This document shows, piece after piece, positions 9,023 to 17,100 of a stretch of 46,060 nucleotides of DNA (positions within the stretch are counted from its first letter, which is position 1; each line of letters opens with the position of its first letter). The position numbers and the translations under genes were made by a program. The notes under the pieces were generated by a model that ran no database searches, was not told the origin of the DNA, and saw only the letters and a list, made by a program, of their open reading frames with translations. The stretch comes from Candidatus Poseidoniales archaeon (GTDB lineage: Archaea > Thermoplasmatota > Poseidoniia > Poseidoniales > Poseidoniaceae): NCBI GenBank assembly GCA_003602635.1, contig QQSJ01000039.1, positions 1 through 46,060 of the forward strand, in the 5' to 3' direction.

Positions 9023-9784
9023 TCACGCATTTGGAAGCGGAAGCGCCGTTCCGCATTCAGGACAGAACCGGTCATCTGGCTCGTGACGAGCACCGCAAGC
9101 AGCGCACGCATAAACGGGAGCGGGCGGCGGTGCTGGAGGAGCGGATGCGAGGAAATCTGCGCCGGCGCTGACGTCCGATTCGTAGGCGATTGGGGCCACA
9201 GGTCGCGACGCCACCAGCGGGTCTTGCTCCGCACGTTGGGTCAAGGCCTCGCGACGCCGTTGCTCCCTGGAGGCAGCATGGTCATCGCCTCGGCGGAAGA
9301 AGCGCCCAATGGCATCCAGCATGCGGTCCATGGACGATGTACCCCCGGTTGCACCGACGGTGCGCTGGACGGCGTCCGTGGGCTGAATCCTCATGCCGTG
9401 CACGGTTTCGACGTCCACCTCGGTCTCGATGTTGAGTTCGCTTCCCTCCCGTGTTAGGCCACCCACCCTGGCTCCCGCCTCGATGTTGAGCGCTTGTGCA
9501 GCGGGCGTCGCATGGTTTTGGTCCCAGAGGCCTTGTTCTTCGGCCTTGAACACCCCACTGAGGCCTTTGAGCGAGGCCGAGCGGCGATGTTCATGGTCAC
9601 GTTCCACGCGAGCCCGTCGAAAGAGGAGGAAACCGATGCCGGCAAACCCACCGTAGTAGACCCAGCGAAACCATGGGGCCACGTCGAGCATGGCGTTCAA
9701 GGGCGTCACTGTGACGTCCATCCCTAGGGCGATGATGACCGGAGCCGCCAGCAGCCCTTGGGAGATGCCGCTGCGGGCTGCCAT
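9023..9784 (-). CDS. Membrane protein with C-terminal zinc-ribbon (hypothetical)
   Basis: Two N-terminal hydrophobic helices (LLAAPVIIALGMDVTV; WVYYGGFAGIGFLLF). Pro-rich linker, then CAACGARHEPDDRFCPECG (CxxC-x10-CxxC). ATG at 9784. Confidence 0.55.
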   Translation of the reverse strand: MAARSGISQGLLAAPVIIALGMDVTVTPLNAMLDVAPWFRWVYYGGFAGIGFLLFRRARVERDHEHRRSASLKGLSGVFKAEEQGLWDQNHATPAAQALNIEAGARVGGLTREGSELNIETEVDVETVHGMRIQPTDAVQRTVGATGGTSSMDRMLDAIGRFFRRGDDHAASREQRRREALTQRAEQDPLVASRPVAPIAYESDVSAGADFLASAPPAPPPAPVYACAACGARHEPDDRFCPECGTALPLPNA

Positions 9785-9832
9785 AACCCACTTACCACGA
9801 CGCTTCAGGCATAGAGGTTCGTTCGGACTGTG

Positions 9833-10831
9833 TCATCGGTCACGCTTCCTTGGGGGGCCAAAGAAAAGCGAACGCAACATCCCCAAGGTGAATCCTGTGT
9901 GAAGCATGACCAGGCAGATCGGTACACCGACCAAGCCCGTGATGCGACCGGATTGAACCATGGACCCCAATCCTGCGGCAAGCAACACCGCAAGGTATGC
10001 GAGCACCGGATAGGTCACGTAGCCAGGAGCGGTCAGAGCAAGCACCCCACAAAGGATCGCTCCGAACAATGGGGCAAACTCGCGGGGGTCGGCTCGACCG
10101 GGGTGAGCACGAAGCAAACGGCCGCGCCAATACCCGTACCGCACCGCCATACGCCAATGCCCCACCAAGGAGGTCCTCCGATGCATTCGGACCGTGACCG
10201 TCGGGTCGCGTTCAATGATGCCACCTGCGTCGAGCAACCGCATGGACAAGTCGCTGTCTTGGCTGGTCACGAAATCCGTGTCCCAACCCCCAACGGCCTC
10301 CACCGATGTTCGGCGATGGGTTGCGAAGGCCGGAACCTTGGTGCGTCCTGTTTCAGAGAAGGATGCGAATTGGCCGCCGCCCCGTCCGATCCGTGATCTC
10401 AACGCCCCGTCGACCCAACCTTCCACGGCGGACGACGGTGTGGATGGCCCAAGCACACGGACGCCCATGGCCACCAACGCCTCTGCATGACGGTCGACTC
10501 CGGAGGCCCAGGCGCGACGCCGTGAGGACAAGTGCTCGGCTTCGATCCGAACGTGTCCGATGAGTTCCACCAGCAGTTCAACGTCGTCGCTGAGATGCTT
10601 CATCGCCAGATTTCTCGCGTGTGGAACGGTGCGCTCTGGGTTGTCGATGACACGAAACGCATGACCGTTGTTTGGTCGATGCGCATCGAGCAGCGCACGG
10701 GTACCGTCGGTGGAGCCACCGTCGAGGACGATGACGTCGTAATCAGACGCGGGCAAGTCTTGGCTTTCCAAATCTGCAAGCAGACCGGGCAGGTGAGCCG
10801 CCTCGTCAAGGACGGGGATGACGACCGCCAT
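9833..10831 (-). CDS. Family 2 glycosyltransferase with C-terminal TM helices
   Basis: Starts MAVVIPVLDEAAHLPGLLADL...YDVIVLDGGSTDGT..., the typical GT2 N-terminus, followed by a DSD motif (SQDSDLSMRL) and C-terminal hydrophobic helices. ATG at 10831 verified (alternative GTG at 10855). The 178-codon upstream extension of the 511-aa ORF is rejected. Confidence 0.8.
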   Translation of the reverse strand: MAVVIPVLDEAAHLPGLLADLESQDLPASDYDVIVLDGGSTDGTRALLDAHRPNNGHAFRVIDNPERTVPHARNLAMKHLSDDVELLVELIGHVRIEAEHLSSRRRAWASGVDRHAEALVAMGVRVLGPSTPSSAVEGWVDGALRSRIGRGGGQFASFSETGRTKVPAFATHRRTSVEAVGGWDTDFVTSQDSDLSMRLLDAGGIIERDPTVTVRMHRRTSLVGHWRMAVRYGYWRGRLLRAHPGRADPREFAPLFGAILCGVLALTAPGYVTYPVLAYLAVLLAAGLGSMVQSGRITGLVGVPICLVMLHTGFTLGMLRSLFFGPPRKRDR

Positions 10832-10940
10832 CCTTGGGCCCTGCAGGTTGGTCACGCGCTGTGGTCTTCCCCGTCGGACTTGATGCTGTCCCCCTCGCAA
10901 GGCCCGATGGCTTGAGAACCGGGACCCTCTCGTCGGCACG

Positions 10941-11462
10941 ATGACCGCGCCTCGTGTTCGCCTTACCGGCGTCGACGAAGGGCTTGAGGTCATCGTCCGA
11001 ACCAGGATCAAAGGGGGAGAAGACGGGGCACGAATTGCCGAGGCATTTGCCGCCCTTTTTCCCAACGCTCCACCGGTGGAGTGGCCGGCATCTCCGACCT
11101 TTCCAACCGAGCAAGACGTCATGATCGAAATCACGCAGGTGCCCCTTGACACCTTGCTGACAAAATTGCACGAGCAGCGCATCCTCGACACGGCCTTGGA
11201 CGCCATGGGCGCAGCCTTGGACGGCCATGTGGCCGTGTTCTCCATCGAGCGGGTGGCTGCCCTGGCAGGGAAAGTGACCTTTGGACTGCCGGACCATTCC
11301 CCACTCGGTGGCGTCTTCGACGTGGAAGTGTCCGGTGAAGGCGTGGAAGATTGGTTGCTGGCCGCCACCCATCACGCAGGTCGAGCGCGCGTCCCACGGC
11401 ATCTTGGTGACGAACGCGCCATGGCCGAGGACGGGGAAGCCGTGACCTGGTTTGAGCGATGA
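10941..11462 (+). CDS. UPF0201/COG1931-like predicted RNA-binding protein
   Basis: ATG at 10941. The pattern EVIVRTRIKGGEDGARIAEAFAALFPNA ... EQRILDTALDAM ... FSIERVAALAGKVTFGLPDHSPLGGVFDVEV matches my memory of the archaeal UPF0201 family (..PTED..kV..Ai.nlFp ... R..L ... KQaA..GkvsF....pLGpI.v.i). No HMM was run. Confidence 0.5.
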   Translation: MTAPRVRLTGVDEGLEVIVRTRIKGGEDGARIAEAFAALFPNAPPVEWPASPTFPTEQDVMIEITQVPLDTLLTKLHEQRILDTALDAMGAALDGHVAVFSIERVAALAGKVTFGLPDHSPLGGVFDVEVSGEGVEDWLLAATHHAGRARVPRHLGDERAMAEDGEAVTWFER

Positions 11463-12455
11463 TCAGCCCTGCGGAATCAAGGCCATGATGACGTCTCGAT
11501 CTGGACCCAGCCAAGCGTATTCGTCCACGTCGTCACTTGGACCGAACCACCGAATTTCGTCGTGTGCGTTTGAAGTGAAGGTCTCAGGCCTTGGCCCAAC
11601 CGCGTGCACGGTGATGACGTTGATGCGGTACCGAAGCCAAGGCTGCCGCCCCCACCAGTGGCCATGACAGGCGCCCGCTTCCACCGCAAAGCCCAGCTCT
11701 TCCATCCACTCCCGAACCACGGCCTGCTGCAGCGATTCGCCGGGTTCGAACTTCCCCCCCGGGAGTTCCCATTGACCCGCGGCCGCTTCGGTTGGGCCAC
11801 GACGGGCGACCAACACCGCATCCCCTTCGAAGAGGGCGCCAGCGGCGACGTCGATGACCGGTGGGAAGAGCATCCGTGCCAGCACGGCTTGGGCCATGGA
11901 ACCGCTTCGCTCCAAACTCCAATGCTCCTCCGAGGGGACATGGAGAAACAGCACCGGCGGTGGGGATTCCATGCGTGCGCATGCGGCGAGGGTCTGGTGC
12001 AGCGTTTCGTTGCACACATAGCCACCCGCATCATCGGACCACGTGGCCTCAGGATCGCATTCCATCAGATGAAAGCGGTCCTTGTCGACGCCCGCAGCAA
12101 GGTCGCCCGCACCGGTGATTGGAGCATCAGCGACGTGCCGGCCTGCGTTGTCGGGTTCTCGCATCGTCAAGCGGTCACGGCCCATCCATTCGAGACGCGC
12201 ATGGGTGCATGACCCACAGAGACCGAGGTGCAGCACGGCATCCCATCGTGATCCATTCATCAGCCTCTGTCCAGTTTCAGCAGCACCGGTTGCGTCGACG
12301 GAAAGGAGCCGTGCCTCGACGTTCACCGTCTCCGATGCCCCGGTCCATGGGTCGTGAACTTCCATGGTGGCAGGCCATGCTCGCACCAACGACTCGGTCG
12401 GATTGACGGCGTGGTCCGAGAAGGCTCCGAAGCCCGTGATGAGGACCCGCCGCAT
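11463..12455 (-). CDS. Fusion protein: pyroglutamyl peptidase I (peptidase C15) domain + NUDIX hydrolase domain
   Basis: N-terminal ~195 aa: VLITGFGAFSDHAVNPTE, HLGL, LEWMG (catalytic Glu position), SDDAGGYVCN (catalytic Cys), FLHVP (catalytic His). C-terminal ~130 aa: complete Nudix box GQWELPGGKFEPGESLQQAVVREWMEELG. It is one uninterrupted ORF with ATG at 12455 verified. Confidence 0.8.
   Translation of the reverse strand: MRRVLITGFGAFSDHAVNPTESLVRAWPATMEVHDPWTGASETVNVEARLLSVDATGAAETGQRLMNGSRWDAVLHLGLCGSCTHARLEWMGRDRLTMREPDNAGRHVADAPITGAGDLAAGVDKDRFHLMECDPEATWSDDAGGYVCNETLHQTLAACARMESPPPVLFLHVPSEEHWSLERSGSMAQAVLARMLFPPVIDVAAGALFEGDAVLVARRGPTEAAAGQWELPGGKFEPGESLQQAVVREWMEELGFAVEAGACHGHWWGRQPWLRYRINVITVHAVGPRPETFTSNAHDEIRWFGPSDDVDEYAWLGPDRDVIMALIPQG
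11691..11777 (-). other. Nudix box (Gx5Ex7REUxEExGU) inside the Pcp-NUDIX fusion
   Basis: Residues 227-255, GQWELPGGKFEPGESLQQAVVREWMEELG. The first codons were verified on the DNA (GGT CAA TGG GAA CTC). Confidence 0.85.
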
Positions 12456-12538
12456 GACCGTGGGTTCCGTCCAAGGACCATGAGGTCGTCGCTCATGACG
12501 CCAACACGTTGAGAAAGCATCAGGTCTTCATTGAGGGC

Positions 12539-12871
12539 ATGGGAGAGGAACTCGTCGTCTCCCTGCCGGTTGAGGCGCCCCGCCGTGTCGGGCCGCTGAC
12601 GCTGCTTCGCGAGATTTGGCGCGAGGTCACCTTTGGCATTGGCGTGTGGGGATCCGCACGTCCCTTGTTCACGGTGCTTCTTGCTGCCGTGCCCTTCCTC
12701 TTTCTCGGACAACACATCAACCGAGAGCACCGCAAAGGCATCGATTTTGGTTTGCTCCAAATTCCGTTGGCTCTCACGGTCATCCTCTGGGTGGCCTTGT
12801 ACCTCTGGTCCATCTTTGACGCCTGGAGAGCGGCCACGGCCATCGTTGCACGTGGCGGTTTGACCGACTAA
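12539..12871 (+). CDS. Small membrane protein (110 aa, hypothetical)
   Basis: ATG at 12539 (the ORF-track start at 12509 is TTG). Two or three hydrophobic helices (LFTVLLAAVPFLFLG; LQIPLALTVILWVALYLWSIF). Codon usage resembles the neighbours. Its 3' end overlaps the convergent metalloprotease gene by 4 nt. Preferred over the antisense ORF 12323..12760. Confidence 0.45.
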   Translation: MGEELVVSLPVEAPRRVGPLTLLREIWREVTFGIGVWGSARPLFTVLLAAVPFLFLGQHINREHRKGIDFGLLQIPLALTVILWVALYLWSIFDAWRAATAIVARGGLTD

Positions 12872-13656
12872 GGTCGCCAGAGTTGCTGCTCGGCTTCGAG
12901 GTCACCCGATGCCAAATCCGTCAGGTCAGCACGGTCGTCGTCATCGAAGTCGTCGGGCAGCTGACCGCTGAAGATGGCACCCAAGGAAGAGGATTCAACG
13001 GCCCAATACATCACGGAATCCTCGTTTGAGGAGTGGCCTGGATGGTCGGCGTCTTCGTGGTCTCGGGGGGACGTGTAGACCAAGTTCACCAGCCCAAGCA
13101 AGTGACCCACTTCGTGGAGCGCCACGCTGTTCTCAATGTCCTCCGCACTCGGCCTTTGTAGGATGTTTTCGGCATCGTCAATGCTGTCACGAAACACGGC
13201 GACGTCCGCGGCGTTGACGGCCACGCCGAGCACGTTGTCGTCGTCATAGCTGCCTGAGGGGAACAGGACATGCCAACGTAGCGTGGTTTCGTCCATGGGC
13301 GGCGCCTCACGGTGTTCCAAAGCCTGAGCACGAACGTCATCGGCGCTCCATGCGCCGTCCTGATCAAACGAAGTTTCGGTGATGACGGCCTTGACGCCTT
13401 CTGGTTTGTCGCAGACGTCGCTCAGGCGGTCGATCAGCAACTCGACCGTGGTGGCCTCAGGAGCGTAGCCAGGAGCGTGATCGATTTCGATCACCATGTC
13501 CGTGAATTGGGCGGATGAGAGGCACGCCAACGTGAGGCCTCCTGGAACGCCACGCTGTTCGGGCAAGGCATCGGTGACCGTGTCTCGAAGCCCACCGAGG
13601 CAGCCTTGCAGCAGCACAAGGCTTGCCAGCATCAACGCCAGCATGACCCGCTGCAT
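12868..13656 (-). CDS. Predicted secreted Zn-metallopeptidase lipoprotein (HExxH)
   Basis: Signal peptide with lipobox-like MLALMLASLVLLQGC. HEVGHLLGL at 13102..13116 (verified), followed by DHEDADHPGH and a Met-turn-like SVMYW. The third zinc ligand is not the canonical metzincin His (HEVGHLLGLVN), so the clan is uncertain. Confidence 0.7.
   Translation of the reverse strand: MQRVMLALMLASLVLLQGCLGGLRDTVTDALPEQRGVPGGLTLACLSSAQFTDMVIEIDHAPGYAPEATTVELLIDRLSDVCDKPEGVKAVITETSFDQDGAWSADDVRAQALEHREAPPMDETTLRWHVLFPSGSYDDDNVLGVAVNAADVAVFRDSIDDAENILQRPSAEDIENSVALHEVGHLLGLVNLVYTSPRDHEDADHPGHSSNEDSVMYWAVESSSLGAIFSGQLPDDFDDDDRADLTDLASGDLEAEQQLWRP
13102..13116 (-). other. HExxH zinc-binding motif
   Basis: The reverse complement reads CAC GAA GTG GGT CAC, which is HEVGH. 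Confidence 0.9.
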
Positions 13657-13692
13657 GATGTGCGGTCGCCGGCGCCAAATTTGAACCCGCGC

Positions 13693-14136
13693 TCAGAAGT
13701 CATCAGGAATGTCCAACGGAGAAAACAAGCGGCCTGGCCCGTCTGCTGCAGCCAATTGTGAGCGCACCATGTGTTCCCAAGGCCGCAGCGCAAGGAGCCC
13801 ATGGATAAGGTCGGCGTCCACTTCTTGCAAGGTCACACGAATCAGCGTGTCCAGAATGTCCATTCGGTCGGCATCAACGTGGTCGAGCAAGCGGTCAAGC
13901 GTGAAGGCTGAATCCGCCCCAGACCCTGCCTCTTCGTCAAGTGGCCAAGGTGACCTGACGCGTGCGTCAAGCTCGTGTCCCTGTTGCTCTGCCCACGCCT
14001 CAAGCGGCTCAAGCATCGAGGTGATGCGCCGCTGAAGCACGATGGCGACTTCCACGATGGGCATGCCAAGTTGCCCGATGAGATGGACCATCCGTTCGGT
14101 CAACGTCACCATGCCATCAACGTCGTCGGAAGCCAT
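13693..14136 (-). CDS. Small acidic cytoplasmic hypothetical protein (147 aa)
   Basis: The ATG lies 9 nt after the stop of the upstream giant gene, and the stop lies 36 nt before the metalloprotease start. No signal peptide or TM helix. Asp/Glu-rich, ending ...SPLDIPDDF. No family recognised. Confidence 0.5.
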   Translation of the reverse strand: MASDDVDGMVTLTERMVHLIGQLGMPIVEVAIVLQRRITSMLEPLEAWAEQQGHELDARVRSPWPLDEEAGSGADSAFTLDRLLDHVDADRMDILDTLIRVTLQEVDADLIHGLLALRPWEHMVRSQLAAADGPGRLFSPLDIPDDF

Positions 14137-14145
14137 CGCCAGGCC

Positions 14146-17100
14146 TCACAACGCGTCGAGGAACGACCAACCGTAGTGCGCCCACTGTTCCTCGGTCCAA
14201 CCGGCTGGAAGGCCGGTGGGTGGCTTTGGAGGAAGACCACGCGGGTCGTCGGTCGTCAACGGAGCAGGGGCCGGTTCTGGAGCGGCCATCAGCTCAGGCT
14301 CGCTGGTCGGCATCACCAACCCAGGAGGCAAGGGCGTTGCAGATTCCACGTTCAGTCCTGACGGCGGTGGAAGGTCTGCCAAGGCTGGAAGGGCCTTCGG
14401 GGCCGTGTCCATCGTGGCGATGACGGCCTTGGTCTGATCTTCGCTTCCGACCTCTTCGTCGCCGTACTTCATGCGGCGGTACATCACCAACATCCACACG
14501 GCCGCCGACACGGAAATCATCGTGATGACGTAGAGGAAGAGACTGAACCGCTGCTCACCCAAGTCTTCGCGTAGGGCATCCCCGTCCCGGGCGACGTCCT
14601 CGGTCAACAAGAGCGGAGCCACAGGCATCCGGTCGGCCTCAACGCCGTCCACCAAGAGGAGCAAGCGGTGTTCGAGACGATCGCCGACTTCTCCGTCGGC
14701 CATGACCTCGAGTTGAACCTGAACGTCAGCGTTCGCGGCAGCGGTCAGATCCTCGCGCGCAATTTCAGCCCAGAAGCCTGCGTCTTGACGACGTTGAAGC
14801 ACAAAGGACACCTCGCCGGTGCCGCCTTCGTTGGAAGCCTGGACGTCCAAGACGGCCGCCTGGTTGGGTGCGGGGCTGGGGTTGTCCCACAAGGCTGCGG
14901 CCGAAGGCAGGTCGATGGACGGACCGATCAAGGAAAGCGGCCATGTCGCGAAAGGCGTCTCCACGGTGTTCGACGAGGTGTCGAAGGGGTTCCCTGCAGC
15001 GTCGCTTCCGGAGACCCAAACGTCCACCATGTACGTGGGAAGGAGCGTTGTCGCTCCACCGTCGGTCAAATCCAAATTGCCGCTCCAGAAGAATTGCTCG
15101 CCGAAGGGCGTGGTGTCCGGCAATTCCAGCGCACCTCGCGAAATTTCGGCTTCGCCTGCCCTCACACGGTAGTGAAGCACGGCAGACTCGTCGGTGTCAA
15201 ACCCGTGGTCGTCAAGGGTCTCAAGTTGGACCAGCAAATCGTGGGCTTGCCCAATCGGTAAATCTTGACCGGCTTCGATTCTTGAGAGCGAAACCGCCGC
15301 CAAACTCGGTGGCGTGCTGTCGACGATGAACCGAACACGTGGGACCAATTCCGTCTGGTCTTCTGCCAATCCGGGCAGGTCGTCCAGCCCCAACTTCAGA
15401 TCAAGGTAGCCCGAGCGGATGCCGGGCACCAGCAAATCGAGCGAGAATTCGCCGTCGGTTCGTGGGCTGGTGACCCAGATGTGGTCGTAGTCGCCGAAGG
15501 TGACGTCGAAGGCACCGGCGGGCGCGGGCGTCTCGTCTTCGGAAAACAGCACACGACCGGTGACGCGCAAGGCTTGACCTGCACCGATGATGCTCTCATC
15601 AAACTCGTCGTTGTAGTGGTTCGTGCCGTCGCGCAATTCCACGGCGCGGATGTGGCCACGTTCGGTGTCAAAGCGGAAATCGTTGTCCAGACTCCACCAG
15701 TTGTCGCCCAAGCTGGCGTCCACCTCGTAACATGGAACGTCAGGCTCGAGGCCACAGGGCTGGTCGGTGACCTGCAATTTGGGCCGGATGAAGGACTCAC
15801 CGTCGGTGTCAAAGGACTCTGGGAAGGACCACGTCAGTTGGAACAAGGCGCTGATGATGATCCGGTTTGGATCCTCAGCATCGAGTTGCACGCTTGAGTA
15901 GAGGTTGCTGACCGCGAGGAATTCCCCACCGGTGCTCATCTCAGCGACGGGCAGCCCGTCGGCGTCAGGAGCCAAGGAGATGAAGATGGACGTGTCGTCG
16001 TCGTCGAAGTCGCCACCAAGGGCGAATTGAACCTGTTGGATGTCCTGCCAGCCGTTGCCGTCGGACAGGGTGATTTGCGCCGTGTAGGGCACGCCGGGGT
16101 GCAGCGGTGACTCGTCGTCATGGCCAACGATGGTGGAATTCGCCGCGTCAAGTTCGGGTTGGAACTCCTCGCGCACGGTGTACGTCACCAAGTCAGCGTT
16201 CCAATCTGGGGGCACCTCAGAGGCTCCCCTGGTGCCGCAGTTCTGAGCACCAAGGTCCTCGGGACAGACGGGGCCGCCACCCATGGCCACCACGTTGTCC
16301 TGAGGGTCTTTCCCGGTGATGTAGTAGGAGACGCGCTGTCCGTGGACGAGCATGGAGTCGTCGATGCTGGTCTCGAAGATGTTCAGGCCGCCGGCCCTGA
16401 TTTCAGGGGAAGAGACGGTCTTGAGTTCGTATTCCTCTGCCTGCGGAAGGCCGTCGAAATTGTAGTCCGTGCAGCCAATCGCTTGGCTGGCCTTGCATCC
16501 AAGCCAGTAGTGAAGGCTGATTTGGTTGGGCGGGTCCACCGAGTCTTGGATGACGATGCTGATCGGTTGCGCGGTCGCAGCGTGCAGTTCGACGCCGTCC
16601 ATGGGGTCGGAGGAGAGCACCAACGGCGAGTTGCCGTCAAGCGTCAAGCGGATCGTGTTGTAGCCCGGGTTGGTGAAGGTGGAACCGTTGGCCAAGTTGA
16701 CCGCTTCCACGTAGAAGACCATCCCGCCGGGGGCACTCTCAATCGGGGATTGGAGGGTGATGTTGTACTCACCAAAGGCCGGGTTCGTGGTCGTGGCGAG
16801 CACCACTGGTTCACCGATGGCATCGCCGTCATAGGTGACGTTTTGACCGAGCACACGGAGGTCGAATTCGCCTCCCAAGGGGCTCAATTGGCTGCCTTGG
16901 AAGTAGATCTTCCCGGCGAAACTCAAGTTGTAACCTCCGCGAACCCAATCCAATGGGTAGAGTTCTCGACCGGTTTCGTCGTAGACGCGTAGTCCGTCGA
17001 GTTGAACGTCGTTCTCGACGCGAACGTCGAGGTTGGACGTGGTCCAGTCCGTCACCTGTTCACCGATTGGATCAATGACGGTGATGTTGGCCTCCATCGA

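Noticed and set aside
8967-9056. A 30-codon extension of dnaJ overlapping the upstream gene's stop.
   Set aside because: The J domain starts a few residues after the internal Met (MSGKRDYYEVLG), and the extension overlaps the 9023..9784 gene.
10832-11368. A 178-codon N-terminal extension of the GT2 ORF (511-aa version), plus the 198-aa minus ORF 10806..11402.
   Set aside because: The extension is Ser/Thr/Arg/Pro-rich, without GT2 features. It overlaps the plus-strand UPF0201-like gene, which has family-like motifs. The GT2 fold begins at MAVVIPVLDE.
12323-12760. A 145-aa minus-strand ORF overlapping both the Pcp-NUDIX 5' end and the small plus-strand membrane gene.
   Set aside because: It overlaps a well-supported gene and has no hydrophobic or motif structure. 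The plus-strand ORF has clear TM helices and neighbour-like codon usage.
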